Positions 1 through 13,855 of a DNA stretch of 64,000 nt are shown here, in pieces (the stretch's first letter is position 1; each line of letters opens with the position of its first letter). Both the position numbers and the translations under genes were made by a program. Source of the stretch: Octopus vulgaris (taxonomy: Eukaryota). The stretch spans positions 105,834,001-105,898,000 of the forward strand of contig OX597823.1 in NCBI GenBank assembly GCA_951406725.2, read 5' to 3'. A model generated the notes under the pieces. That model was given only the letters and a program-made list of their open reading frames with translations, did no database searches and was not told the DNA's origin.

Positions 1-424
1 GGAGTGAGGGGAAATCTAAGTTAATGTCTTTGGTCGCGGCGATGGTGAATGCGGCGTTAGATTTGTTGTTGTTGTTGTTGGTGGTGGTGATGGTGGTGAC
101 AGCGGTGTTCACGCTGCGATGTTTAGTAGTTAGTGGTAGCAATAGTGTTTTGCTACCGTTCTGCATGACTGGCGGGCTAGCCACGTGGTTTCTAGTTGCC
201 ATTTTCAAAATGAAAAATGGCTAAAAAACCCACGAAAGTTTTGAAAGTTTTTTTGTAATTTCGCCCATACAGGGGCGGAATTCTACGTGAATAATTCTCA
301 GGTTTTTTAGTGAATGAACTTGCACAACGATTAAAACAAAATATTTGACAACAAGGAGTTTTAAACATGTAAAAGTGGCCAACTTACGTGGAGCCGATAT
401 GACTATCGTCCGTCCATTGTGAGT

Positions 425-432
425 AGATAGAT

Positions 433-505
<73 letters not shown>

Positions 506-540
506 TGATTGATTCATAGAGAGATAGATGGATTGATAGA
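425..540. repeat. (GATA)n microsatellite at the LINE 3' flank
   Basis: Direct reading. Confidence 0.95.
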
Positions 541-544
541 CAGA

Positions 545-2803
545 TCTCTTTATTAACCACTCAGGGCCGAACACAGAAGGGACAATACATTATAGAATTT
601 TTGTTTTTCGAAATCGATCACAAGGGAGCGAAAAACCTTTTTTTTTTTTTTGGACGTGAAAAACAGGGAAATAACACAAAAATCTTTGTTAACAAATAGA
701 GTTCCCAATGGCGGGAGGCAATGTAACATTAACTAGGTTTATCCGTGGAAAGAAAAACCTACGAAAAAGAACGGTAACCTCGGAAACGAAAAAGCAAAAC
801 ATTAACATGGAAACAAAACACTCTTTCTCTGTCTGCTTTATAAGATCGTGCTCAAGGTATTTTCGTCATATATTTGTACCATCCTTGCCACATTCACCCA
901 CCTTTTGTCGAACCTTTCATTTAACAAAGCTTCCTTCTCTATTGCCACCTTCTTCAAGTGATACTTGAGGAAATTGATGAGAAGTTGACCAGAGAGGAAA
1001 GTGTTTGTCTCTAAACATGTCACATGAGCCCACAACACACATTCTTTCACCATAGCCACCAGTACAATGAAAACTGTCTTGCCTTCTTTGTTAAAGGAAT
1101 GTGGTGGGGCAATATTCACGATAGACTCGGCCGACAACCGAGTTCGTCCCACACGTGACAGCAGCCGTTCGACATAAACCCACAGGTCTGAAATGTTTGG
1201 ACATTGCACGAGTGCGCGCAGAACAGTTTCGTTGCTCTGACCGCATCTCAGGCAATTCGGTAAGGTGTATCTTGAACCGTGCTTGTAGAGCTTATCCCGA
1301 ACGAGCATGGCATCCCGATAGCACTGTCAGGCCAGGTCAGGGATCTCTGGAAATTGTCCATAGGTCCCGACCCGAAAGTGGTCCTGATGAGGCGGGCTAG
1401 ATATTACTCGTTGACGCCCAGGGTCTCCCCAAGACCGTCGTCGCACCTCCCCCTCTACTAATCCGCTATAGAACGCCTTCTGGAAATTGAAGTCGCACTA
1501 GTTTAATCCTGGATTGCAGACTTACTGGAGAGCATGGCAACACTCGCGCTACTATTCGCCCAGCCTCGGTCTTTCTTTGATCCACGATTGCATTTCAGTG
1601 AAAGAGAGGAGCTGCAGGAAAGCGCGTCTCACAAACGGCGACCACACCTGTTCATCGTCGTCTATGAAACGCTGGAGATGTCGCAGTCTCAGCGCGTGTC
1701 TACGCATCATTTACTACAGCATGCCCAGCCCTCCACTTAGCGGATGTTGGCAGCATATAGATTACCTGACCATCGGAACGCTTCCCTTCCACAAAAAGCG
1801 GAAGAGTAAGCATTTTAGTTTTGTGATGGTAGGGTCGGGGCAAGGCACGACAGTCAAAGAGTAGTAGATGATGGAGGTGATGTACGCATCCGCCACTCAA
1901 CCTGACCTTTTAGACATAGCTTCCTCTCGGCCCATTGCTGGGTGAGAGTGCTCACCCTACTCGTTATCTCGTCCCGGACCGAACCAAACCCCGTCAATTT
2001 AACCGGTCCAGTGTCCCACGATGGTTACGCTATTGGACGGCATGGGTTTGCTTCTCCAGGTGCTGAGCTGCAAACCCACTGACTTTTCCCGGTTAGTTTT
2101 TGCTCCCATAACCGCTTCGTATTCTTTTGGTGTCTCGTTGACCAGGTCGAAATGCCTGTGACTCAATACTATGACGGTGACATCGTCCGCGCATGCAGAC
2201 ACGCTCCTCCCGCATCTCAATTCTCGCGGGATGCCTCTAAGCTTCGCCTGCTTCCGCAGTAGTTGCTTTAGAGTCAATACATACTGAAACGACGAGTGGG
2301 GGCATCCTTGATGGACTGAACGCGTGATTTTAAATGGTCTAGATAGATGACCATGTAAGCAAACTACCGAGCGGATGCCGCTGTATAAAGCAGTGATCCA
2401 ACTACGGAAGACGGGACCGAAACTAGCCGCCCTAAGGACAGCCTCCAAATAACGCTGATCGACCCTATCGAAAGCTTTCGATTGATCCAAATTGATCTGT
2501 GCCCCACCTATGTCAGGTTCCTTAACTAATCTGTCTATGATGTAGCGCATCAGATGGAGGTTGTCATGGAAACTTCTGCTTGGTACGGCGCACGTTTGCG
2601 CCTTGTCGACTAGTTTCTCGATGACAAGCGCCAACCTCTCGGCTAGTACCTTAGCCAAAATCTTCAAATCTGCGTCGAGCAAAGTGATGGACCGCAAATT
2701 ATCTATAATGTCCCCCTTGTTTGGGTCTCTCTTTAGCAGGGTGACCGCTCCTCGGCTCACAAAACTGGGGATACTCCGGGTTTGCTGCCAGTTGCAGTAG
2801 AAT
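545..2803 (-). mobile_element. 5'-truncated, frameshifted Tx1/L1-clade non-LTR retrotransposon (ORF2 RT, C-terminal Zn-knuckle region, 3' UTR with AATAAA)
   Basis: ORF 1999..2853(-) has RT motifs LRSITLLDADLKILAKVLAERL, NLDQSKAFDRVDQRYL, SVHQGCPHS and SACADDVTV (degenerate RPISLL..DYKILAK, LDQEKAFDRV, GVRQGCPLS, YADD). ORF 838..1308(-) has CLRCG..ETV.RAL..CP. The minus-strand 3' end reads ...GTGGTTAATAAAGAG and runs into (TATC)n. Confidence 0.9.
1999..2803 (-). pseudogene. Reverse-transcriptase domain remnant of the Tx1-like ORF2
   Basis: RT subdomain motifs are present in order. The catalytic YADD reads CADD, and the ORF start is microsatellite-derived. Confidence 0.85.
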
Positions 2804-3125
<322 letters not shown>

Positions 3126-3500
3126 CTACACATACTTTCCTTCTTTCTTATGCCTGAGTCTGTCGAGAGTCGCAGGGGTGCCGTCCTGATATACAGCCTT
3201 TCTTGGGCATTCCATCCTGCGCTCTGTCAACTCTGCCAGTTTGCTGCTTATAAGCCTATCTGTCTCCTGTGTCGCTCTATCTTTACATATATACGTGTGC
3301 GTGCATATGTATGTGTGTGTGTTTGTTAAAGTGTGTGCGTGTGTATGTGCATGTGTATGTGTGCGTGCATATGTGTATGTGTTTGTAGGAGGATGGGTCA
3401 GTGGAAGACGAGTGGGTGGGAGCGTCTTAGTGTGTATGTATGCATATGTATATGTGTGCATTAGTACACATACAGACACACAGACACATATACACAAGCA

Positions 3501-3535
<35 letters not shown>

Positions 3536-4093
3536 ATGCACGTAAATTTTGCTGTTAACAAGCTTTCATTCAAAGAAACACGTTTTTTTAGAAACGAAAA
3601 TGTCCCGAGGCGGCCCCATATCCCAGTAATGTTGTGTATTATAAATGGATGTACGACGCGTGCTCTGATGTTAGCCACTCATCATTCACCCTGATCATTA
3701 ATTAGACAAAATGGTGTCTCGAAAAAAATATAAAAAATAAATTAGAAATCTAGGTTAAAAAAAAGAGATAAGAAACTAGGTGAATATATAAAATAAAAAA
3801 AAGAGTAAAGTAAAACAAAAACTACAAATATATATATAAGTAGGAATGTTAAAAATTGACTTAAATATGTAACTTTGAATATATATTGAAATGATTATTA
3901 TAGGACACATGTAACGAAAATTATGTCAATAAAATTTCTATATTTGTTTTATATCGTAATTCATATCTAATAGAAAAGACCTATGGTAACCGGTGTCCAA
4001 TCCTTGACCATCGTGGTATCTTATTTAACTATAGTGTATCATGAAATGTCTAGTAATATGTTATATAATGTGTAACGTTATATATAGCATACT

Positions 4094-4122
<29 letters not shown>

Positions 4123-4124
<2 letters not shown>

Positions 4125-4416
4125 TTTCGTTTTTGGATTTGGTTTGCAAGCTTCTTTATATGAGTTCGTGTGTTGAAGCATATTCTCTTGTGTCTGGGGA
4201 GAGTCATTTTCTTTTTGTGCCTTATTATGTAATACACTCACCGGTAAAATTTCCACATTTTTCTTACTTTTATTGTCCTAAAATTTTCGTTGCGTCTTGC
4301 AACCTTTTCAATAGTTTTGACTCTGTCCGTTATATACACTGCGTTCCCTCTACCGGTGAGTGTATTACATAATAAGGTACAAAAAAAAATGACTCTCCCC
4401 AGACACAATGGAATAT
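4123..4416 (-). mobile_element. Short element beside (TA)n with ~58-bp inverted arms enclosing a hammerhead-like motif
   Basis: Arms 4188-4246 and 4351-4408. Minus strand 4277-4314 reads CTA TTGAAAA G GTTGC aagac GCAAC GAAAATTT TAGG. Confidence 0.6.
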
Positions 4417-4463
4417 ACATATACATACACACACATACGCACACACACATATATATATACATA

Positions 4464-5421
4464 CAGTGGTGGGAAATAAATATTCGTACATGTCAAAATT
4501 CTTTATTTAATTTCTAATGAACATAAAAGGGATATACTAATACTATATATGCATACACATGCATAAACTAAGAATATGCAAAAGAAAATAATATATTATA
4601 GTAACTAAGGAGTTTATATACAATCATAAATATTTAGGGGAGAAAAAAGTATTTGTACAGTCGAAAATTGAATTGTTTGGACAAAATTCGCGTTGTCATG
4701 TTTGGATGAAAGATGGTACTGCCTATTCGCCGAAAAACACTATTCCTACCATAAAGTTTGCAGGTGGCAACATCATGGTGTGGGGGTGTTTCTCTGCAAA
4801 TAGTACTGACAACTTACATGTGATAGATGGTAGAATGAATGCAGAAATGTACCAAAATATTTTGAACAATAATTCATGGGCCTCTGTAGAAAATCTCCAG
4901 CTTTGTGAAGGGTGGGTTTTACGGCGAAGGCTTCCAAAAAAATGGATTTTCGATCACAATATAAAATTATTAGAATGGCTAAGCCAGTCACCTGACTTGA
5001 ATCCCATTGAAAATTTGTGGTGTTATTTGAAAATTAAAATTCATTCAAGAGCCCCAACGCGCATTGCAGATTTGGAGAAAATTTATCAAAAATAATGGGA
5101 AAAATTTCCTAAAGAAACACGCGAGTCATTGATTAAGAACTACAAGAAGAGATTGGTTGAAGTGGAACTGAATAATGGTTATGCTATGAAGTATTAAATC
5201 AGAATTATCAGATATTTATGTTCTGTACGAATACTATTTTCACCCCTGAATATTTATAATTGTATATAAATTCCTTAGTTACTATAATTTACTAGTTTCT
5301 TTTGCATATTCTTAGTTTATGCATGTGTATGCAAATATAGTATTGGTATATCCCTTTTATGTTCTTTAGAAATTAGGTAAATAAAGAATTTTGACATGCA
5401 CGAATATTTATTCCCCCCCCA

Positions 5422-5424
<3 letters not shown>
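4464..5424 (+). mobile_element. Internally deleted Tc1 (DD34E) DNA transposon with ~200-bp terminal inverted repeats
   Basis: TA then CAGTGG... at the left end, ...CCACTG at the right end. TIRs 4464-4660 and 5223-5424 match. A transposase remnant lies between them. Confidence 0.93.
4661..5197 (+). pseudogene. Tc1 transposase catalytic-domain remnant
   Basis: SKIELFG..PTIKFAGGNIMVWGCFS..WLSQSPDLNPIENLW..*WEKFP..GYAMKY*. The N-terminal HTH and first D are missing, the QQDNDPKH segment is deleted, and there is an in-frame stop at 5093-5095. Confidence 0.9.
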
Positions 5425-5496
<72 letters not shown>

Positions 5497-5500
<4 letters not shown>

Positions 5501-5657
5501 TAGAAGTAGCTGTGCGGCACAAAGGTTGCTTCGCAACCACATGGTTCTGAGTTCAATCCCATTGCGTAGTACTGGGCAAGTTACTTCTACTATAGCTTCG
5601 GGTCGATCAAAGCTTTTGAATAGATTTGGTAAACGGAAATGGGAAGGGCCCCGTCAT
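5497..5657 (+). mobile_element. tRNA-derived SINE family B, 5' half (diverged)
   Basis: CCACATGGTTCTGAGTTCAATCCC B-box region, GGGCAAGT..TTCTACTATAG, GATTTGGTA.ACGGAAA. Homologous to 60675-60825. Confidence 0.7.
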
Positions 5658-6149
5658 GTGTGTGTGTGTTTGTATGTGTGCAACGGGAAAATTACGGCGG
5701 TTTGAATGTCTGAAGGAGATTTGGTGGGAGATTTTGCATTTAACTATCGCCTGGAGGCTAAAAAGGTGAGCGTTTAAGGTAATGCAATTCTCAAAGCTAC
5801 CACGTGAAACTCCCGAAATAATATTTGGCATCATTGTTGTTTTATCTAAAACAACTTTAAAATCCTACAAGTCTGAAGAAGGAAAACTCAATGAAAGGAC
5901 TGAAGAAAGCAGAGATTAATCAATCGATTTTTGAGAGTAATCATATGAAGCGGTATATTTTTGTATTAGTAAATACAAATTTAAAAATAGATGTTGCGGC
6001 TCTTGAGCGTAAAGTGTAACATAGGTAACTCTTATTATCAATCAACTTTGCTGTATAAGATATTCGATTAAAATCTCGTGTTAAGTAGACTTAGTGCACA
6101 TTTTGTTTGTTTTTGTTTTTACTCAATTGGAAGGAAAGGGCAGGGGCCA

Positions 6150-6445
6150 TAACATTTCGTGGCACCCCGAGACCGGTGAGCTGGATGTCACTAATATTCT
6201 ATATAAACTTTTAGAAGCCATCACTCGGAAAAAGGAAAGGAGGAGGAGGAAGAAAATTCCAGTGGAGCGATGTTCAGAGGGGGATAGGTTTGAAATAGGG
6301 ATTAGTGCAGGATTCGAAGGGAACAGGCGCAAAAGGAGTGACAAGATGTGGAGAGACGAATATGTTTGGCGCACTTGAGTTATAGAGGCACGATAGCAAC
6401 CAGCCACTCTCTGTCTGATGGAGTACAGTTGCCCTACATGATTAT
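6150..6445 (-). mobile_element. Decayed CR1/Jockey-group LINE 3' fragment
   Basis: Minus strand encodes HIRLSTSCHSFC and TSLHWNFLP, resembling the C-terminal 'RT..LWN.LP' motif. Frameshifted. Confidence 0.4.
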
Positions 6446-6600
6446 GAAGTAGAAGTACAAATGCTTAACTCTTAACAGTTCAATTTAACTAGTGCTGCTA
6501 CTGAGGCAACTGCTACTACTGCTACCGCTGCTGCTGCTGCTGCTGCGACTGCCGCGGCTGCTGTTACTGCTACGGCTACTGAGGTTACTGCTACTGCTCT

Positions 6601-6982
6601 TTGTTTGTTTGTTTGCTTGTTGAGCAAAGCGGTCTTCGTCCCAGAGTGGGAGAAGGCCGAAACGTGGTCCTTTGCTATTCGTAAGACCCGCAGAAGAGAA
6701 AGCAGGTCAATCCCCGACACCGAGAGCATCGACGGATGGATGAATGCGCAGCCAGGCTCAGCGGTTGCGTAGGAAGTCGGGGACAAGAAACTGGAAGAAA
6801 GAGTGAGAGAAAGTTGGAGCGAAAGAGTACAACAGGGGTCGCCACCATCCCCTGCCGGAGCATCGTGGAGCTTTAGGTGTTTTCGCTCAATAAACACACA
6901 CAACGCCCGGTCAGGGAATCAAAACCGCGATCCTCCGACCGCGAGTCTGCTGCCCTAACCATTGGGCCATTGCGCCTCCACT
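6601..6982 (-). mobile_element. tRNA-derived SINE family D, full copy with structured 3' tail and (CAAA)n end
   Basis: Minus head GGAGGCGCAATGGCCCAATGGTTAGGGCAGCAGACTCGCGGTC...GGTTTTGATTCCC (A and B boxes). 3' hairpins are followed by an AAAC repeat. Confidence 0.8.
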
Positions 6983-7264
6983 GCTGCTGCTGTTGGTGTT
7001 CTTGGTGGTCTTTAGCCTTAAGTCGGGGACAAGAAACTGGAAGAAAGAGTGAGAGAAAGTTGGAGCGAAAGAGTACAACAGGGGTCGCCACCACCCCCTG
7101 CCGGAGCATCGTGGAGCTTTAGGTGTTTTCGCTCAATCCACACAACGCCCGGTCAGGGAATCAAAACCGCGATCCTCCGACCGCGAGTCTGCTGCCCTAA
7201 CCATTGGGCCATTGCGCCTCCACTGCTGCTGCTGTTGGTGTTTTTGGTGGTCTTTAGCCTTAAG
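6774..7264. repeat. Near-identical tandem duplication (~245-bp unit) of the SINE D head plus flank
   Basis: 6774-7019 and 7020-7264 differ at only a few positions. AAG microhomology at the junction. Confidence 0.92.
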
Positions 7265-7351
7265 GCAGCCCTGGTAGAGCAGATATATGATCAGAGATGT
7301 TTCTGATGTGATCCACACATCTTCTAGTATGACAGGAACTGCGCTCTCCAA

Positions 7352-7500
7352 TATATAGATGTTTACTTGTTAGTGTAGTGTTCTTTAACAAGGGTTTATA
7401 AAGTGAACGCTTGAAAGGAAGAGAAAGAGTCTTCACGTTTCGGACGTCTGTTCTTCATCAAAAAAAGTAAAGAAAGAATGGAGGTAAAAGGTCTAGGAGT
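7352..7500 (-). mobile_element. Diverged HHR-bearing element related to 10426-10622
   Basis: Minus 7431-7466 reads TTGATGA A GAAC agac GTCC GAAACGTG AAG. The flanks resemble 10480-10560. Confidence 0.5.
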
Positions 7501-7842
7501 AAATACATACATACAATATTGCACGGACACACACACTTGCTCCCCCCACACACACTCGCACACACATTAAAACACACACACACACACTCCCACACATCGT
7601 ACACTCACACACATGCACCTGTGATTTTCTAAGACCAAGTTAAAGAACGATAAAAACACCAAATGTTGTAAGTATGTATTATTACACTAACACAGTCGAT
7701 TATTTTCCTTTGAATCGTTCGGATTTTGATCGCTTTCCCATGCAAAAACAATTGTCTACAATTCTATTAAAATCTTAGCTATAGTTCCTGTCTTAAGTGA
7801 GTTGTTTCTTATAAGTAAATGATGCGTGAAGAGATATAAATT

Positions 7843-8057
7843 GTTTTCAAATCTTGGCACAAGGCCAGCAATTTCGGAGACGGGGGCTAGTCGATTACAT
7901 TGACTTCAGTGCTAAACTGATACTTACTTTATCGACTCCGCAAGGATGAAAGGCAAAGTCGACATCGGCAGAATTTGCTCCCAGAATGCAAAGACGGACG
8001 AAATGCCGCCAAACATTTTGCCTGGCATGCTAACGATTATTCCAGCGCACCACCTTA
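7843..8057 (-). mobile_element. SINE family A with 18-bp target-site duplication
   Basis: Core GGATGAAAGGCAAAGTCGAC. TSD CGTGAAG(A/C)GA(T/C)ATAAATT at 7825-7842 and 8058-8075. Confidence 0.88.
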
Positions 8058-8157
8058 CGTGAAGCGACATAAATTAATTCAAGAAACTCAGATATGTACT
8101 TGAATATATATGGAACTTAAATAGTGTCTAATGACAGACAAAAAATTCAGTGATAAT

Positions 8158-8360
8158 CGTTTATCTTTTCCTTGCTTTAATCATTGCATTGCGGCCATGA
8201 TGGGGCAACGCTTTAGTTTAAATTGGTTAGTCGACAACCCCGGCATTTATTCCATTGACCTGTTTTTGCCGAAATGCTAAGTTACGGGGTCATAAACAAA
8301 CCTACACCAATTGTCAAGCAGTGGTGGAGGATAAGCAAAAACATAAAGATATACACACAC
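8158..8360 (-). mobile_element. SINE family B, 3' half
   Basis: GCGGCCATG...TTTTGCCGAA..GCTAAGTTACGGGG...TTGTCAAGC. Confidence 0.7.
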
Positions 8361-8689
8361 ATGGATATATATATATATAAATGCACATGTGGCCCATCCG
8401 TTAGTTTTAGCAATGACCATTTCAAATGTACGATCAGCAAAATTTCTCAGCTATTGTATTGCAGTATGCGCCAGGAGGTTCCCAAAATAGGGGTGGATGT
8501 AAGAATTCAGTAAGTTGGGTCATGTAAAAGTTCAGGAAAGTCACATGTGCAACTGAGAAATTTTTGAAATTTATGTTTTAGCTGTAAGATCTTTGTTTGA
8601 GGGTTATTGCAAACTTTCCGACAAAAAGTAAAACTTTACGGTTGTACACTTAAAAACAAGCCACATATTTGATATTTAATAGCAGAATT

Positions 8690-8893
8690 TGCACAAAAAC
8701 AGCAATTTGAGGGAAAGGGCTAAGACGAGTACATCGACCCCACGGCTCAATTGGTACTTATTCTATCGATCCCGAAAAGATGAAAGGCAAAGTCGACCTC
8801 CAGGGAATTTGAACTCAGAAAGTAAACATGGACGAAATGTCACAAAGCCTTTTGCCTGGCATGCTGACGATCCTTGTCAACTTGCCACCTTCC
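8690..8893 (-). mobile_element. SINE family A
   Basis: ATCGATCCCGAAAAGATGAAAGGCAAAGTCGACCTC..GAATTTGAACTCAGAA. Confidence 0.8.
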
Positions 8894-10233
8894 ATCTTAT
8901 TAAAATAATGCATAATGTCTTTTATTTTCAATTTTACTCTACATGAATGTGGAACATTTAGAGCAACACATTGCCCCTGGACGATTTTAGACAACGGGAA
9001 CTTATATTTCTGATTGCATTTTTCACGTTGACACTATTCAATGTTTATCGGATGTCCTTTTAATTTACAGTTTAATTTCAAGGTTTTGCTTCTTGGACTC
9101 AGACGAAACTAAAATTAATAGCTTTGATGATCCAAAATCAGTTCATTTGTTGAGCGAGATTTTTGTCGTGGCCTACTCAAAAATTGCCACAGTGATTTTC
9201 ATTTTTATTTTTAATTAATTGAAGGACAAAATTTCTTGCTCAAGTGTAAGTGATTGAATTTATCAAATTATAAAACTGTAGTAATTATTGATGATAATAT
9301 AATTAAAGCATCACAAACTTTAAGGAGCACCAAAATTTCTCACACTTTTTATTATGAAATTTTCCACCCAGAAGTGGAAATAAAATTTACAATATAGTTT
9401 TACTTTTAGTTTGAAAAATGAAAAAATGCTTTCCTGCTTCAATTTTAACGATCATTTGGCAACTGAAAATATGAAACGTGTACAATAACAAAAATTCCTC
9501 ATATGGCAGTAAGCCTATAGAATTTGTTGGAGGAGTATCGGAACCTTTTTGCGATAAGAATCCATTTTGAAAGTCGATTTTGAATTTGATTTTTAAAAAT
9601 TCAATACCTGCCGCTGCTGACTCTTATTTGAATTCGTGACAAGAAAAAAAAGTTCCGTATCTTTGTTAAAAGAAAATTTGCGCTATTTCTGTTAAATATA
9701 TACCAATAATTTCATTTTAATCCAGGGAATTATTTTGCGAATTAAAACTAAACAATTTTTTCCATTGAAAGAATGCACAATTCGCAATTTCTGATATTTC
9801 CTAAATGGAAACAAAAATAGTCTTATAGTGTCACCTCCCAAAGAGAGTTTCGTTAGCATGTTTCTAAAATAGATGTCTATGCCTTTGACATTTCGTTGAT
9901 AAAATCGACAATGGTTGGGTAATCCTATAAGTAGTTGAGTTTAAAAGAACATTTCTAAACATGAAATCATTTATATAATCATAAAGCAGACTCAGACCCA
10001 TACAGTGTATAATGCTATTGATAATTTATATAGGATACGCAGTCCATAGTACTAAATTAAACACAGCAGGCAGCTGGTTAATTTTGCACACAAATCTATG
10101 ATCGACCCGAGTTACGGATAGAAAACACATTAACAAGGTGCCGCTAACTGGAATCGAATCGAAGTCATCAACACGCTTAAGTCAATATATACGCACATAC
10201 ATACATACATATATATTTATATCTATCTATCTA

Positions 10234-10300
<67 letters not shown>

Positions 10301-10360
10301 ACATATATATATATATATATACATATGTATGTATATATATATACATACATACATACATAC

Positions 10361-10425
<65 letters not shown>

Positions 10426-10428
<3 letters not shown>

Positions 10429-10622
10429 AGAATTCACAAAAAAGAACCAAAAGACGAAGACAGGTGGTGTAGACAACAAACAGATGTATTAGTTTAACGC
10501 TCGGGAATTAAAAAAATGTCTTCAACGTTTCGAGCCTACGCTCTTCGACAGAAAGGAACACAGAAAAAAAAAAACAGGGAGAGAAAATAGAGAATGTTTA
10601 GTGGCTAGCGATCTATCATGAT
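10426..10622 (-). mobile_element. ~200-bp HHR-bearing element between (TA)n tracts (Penelope pLTR-like)
   Basis: Minus 10520-10555 reads CTTT CTGTCGA A GAGC gtag GCTC GAAACGTT GAAG. Reverse-complement homologue of 53200-53378. Confidence 0.7.
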
Positions 10623-10635
10623 GTATATATCTATA

Positions 10636-10688
<53 letters not shown>

Positions 10689-11139
10689 TTAAAATGACGT
10701 TTCTTTACTGGAGATGTATGTTAACATAATATATATGTATGTATGTAGGTATATGTATATGTATACATACATACATACATATATATACATATATATATGT
10801 ATGCATACACACATACACACACGGGTGCATCATTGTTCATACTTATATACATGCGTGCAAAGATACATACACATATGCATGTCTATGAACTAGTAATTAT
10901 TGATTAGTAAACTTATTTAACATTGAACGCCATGAAAGAACATAATGATATATTAAGCTATATCACAACTTGACAAAAGACATTTGTCCAACTAACACAG
11001 TTCTCTCCCCCTGTGCGTCTATATTTCCATCTTATGTCTTACACTAATCTCTGATTTGATTGCTAACAATTATTCTTGCAGCCTCTCAATCTCAAACCAA
11101 ATAATAAAAAACGAATGCCATTTCTAGTCTCCTTTAATC

Positions 11140-12250
11140 TAATTGTATATATGTATGTTAGATATTTATAAGTGCGTATGCATGTGATTGAATATACATA
11201 AATACATATGTACGTACATACGTACATACATAACATATATATGTATATACATACTGGAGCACAAACGGATATATACACACATATATAAGTGCACATACAA
11301 ATATATAAGTACATATACATTATCATATGTAATATATGTATATATGTAAATGTATATACGTATATGTATATATATATATATATATGAATGCGTATTTATA
11401 TATATGTGTATATATATATATATATATGTATGTGTATATATATATATATATGTATATATATAGATAGATATAGCTATAGATATATATGCATATATGTCCA
11501 TATATATGATTATACATATATATACGTACACACGCATTTAATCAAAATAATATATATATACATATATATATATATATGTATGCATGTAAATAAGTATGTT
11601 TGAGCATGTGTAAGTGTATGTGTGTCGGAGCGTTACTGTAATCTATATTCATCTATATGTATGCATGTGTATGCCTGTATGAGTATGTGTGTGTTATCCC
11701 TAATCTATATACATATACTAACACCATATTTACCAAACGTCTCTTTATCGTCCATTACTTCCCTTCATTTTTCTGATTTTTTTCCCTCATCATCTGCTTG
11801 ACTGTAATTTTTTTTCCTTCACCTTAATGTTGTTGTCCTATATATTTTTCAATTATAACCACACATACTCACACACACGCCCGCACACATACATAAACAT
11901 AGGCGTATACGTCTTGTAAACCTGCATACATTCCTATGTACATTCATACATAAGCACATACATGCATACATACATTTATACACATATATATATATATATG
12001 TATTTACATATAAATATGTGCTTGTGTATTAATATATATGTGTATATATATATATATATACACACATATATATATATAAGAAACATACATAAATATACTT
12101 ATATATACTTATACACACATACACTTAGGCAATCTATATAAATATATATTCATGCATGCACATATTATATAATTTTATTGCACTTTTTTGGTCATTCTAA
12201 CGTTATTGTTTTCCTGTACATATATACGTATATATGTATACATATGAGTG

Positions 12251-12293
<43 letters not shown>

Positions 12294-12420
12294 ATATATA
12301 TATATATATAAATTAGTATGAATATTTGTATATATATAAAATTTTTTATATCTATACATATGTATATATATGTATACATATATGTATATATATATGTATA
12401 TATATGTATATATACATATA

Positions 12421-12519
<99 letters not shown>

Positions 12520-12607
12520 TTATATATATATATGAATATATATGTATATATATGTATACATATATATATATGAATAGATATGAAATGTTATATACATACA
12601 AATATTC

Positions 12608-12655
<48 letters not shown>

Positions 12656-13603
12656 TAAATACATATACATACATATATACCTATATATACATACGTTTAT
12701 AATATATATATATATATATATAAATGTATAGTGTATTTGAATACTTACACACACACACAGACACACACACAATTTTACTTGTATTTCCTCTATGTAACTC
12801 TTAATACATCATAGTTTGCTTCGTAATTTTTTGGGGTTGTTGTTGCTGTTGTTTTTCTTCATTGGCGTTATAACTATTGTTGTCGTTGTTGTTCTTGTTG
12901 TTGTTTTGTGCCTTGATGGTAGGGATAGTAGATAGTCGTAGTATTGGCAGCGGCGATGATTGCGGCAGTACCTGCGATGGTGGCAACGGTGCTGGTTGTA
13001 GCAGGATTATCTCCATTATTTTCTCCTTTATTCTCTACTTTCGCTATTTCTTCTCTCGTCATTTAGTCATTTCAAACGAGTACATTATAACAATATTCTA
13101 CCTCCCACCCATGCTCTTTTCACTTCGACTTTCTTACTCAACTCCGTCTTTTCGAGAGAAGGAGCGGGGCAGGAAGCGACGGGGGTACAGTTAGGCTATC
13201 TTTCATAATTTTCTCAATTTTCCTACCTCATTCTGTCTGTTGTTGTTGTTGATTTCTTATTGTTGTGTATTTGTTTTTGTTCTCCCTATTTTTTTTTCTA
13301 TATTTCTCTATAATGGATGTGGCATTTTTGAGTGGGGTGCTGTGTGACTGTGGGTCTGTATGAATGCGTCTGTGCCGCTGTTGTGCGTTTGTATGTCTGT
13401 GTATACTTCTGTATTTATGTATGTGTCTGTGTGTGTGTGTATATGTAACGAGTGTCGGTGTGTGCATGAGTATTGCTATGTGTGTTTGCGCCTGCGTGAG
13501 TGTCCTTATATTTTCCAAACCCCATACATTATTGTCTCCCTTCTTTACCTCTATGTGTTTTTGTTTTGTTTCATACACAAACATGCGGATATACATATCT
13601 GCA

Positions 13604-13651
<48 letters not shown>

Positions 13652-13685
13652 TATATATATATATATATATATGCATGCAGATATG

Positions 13686-13759
<74 letters not shown>

Positions 13760-13816
13760 TACGTACATATACACCTATATAGATATATTACATGTCCATA
13801 CGTAGATGTAAATACG

Positions 13817-13855
<39 letters not shown>

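Noticed and set aside
6630-6672. Hairpin followed by GAAACGTG (hammerhead half)
   Set aside because: No CUGANGA-like core upstream; better explained as the SINE D 3' stem-loop.
8470-9900. Possible decayed hAT transposon (CAGGAGGTTCCCAAA terminus, IRNPF-like peptide)
   Set aside because: No matching second TIR or 8-bp TSD found; too degraded to support.
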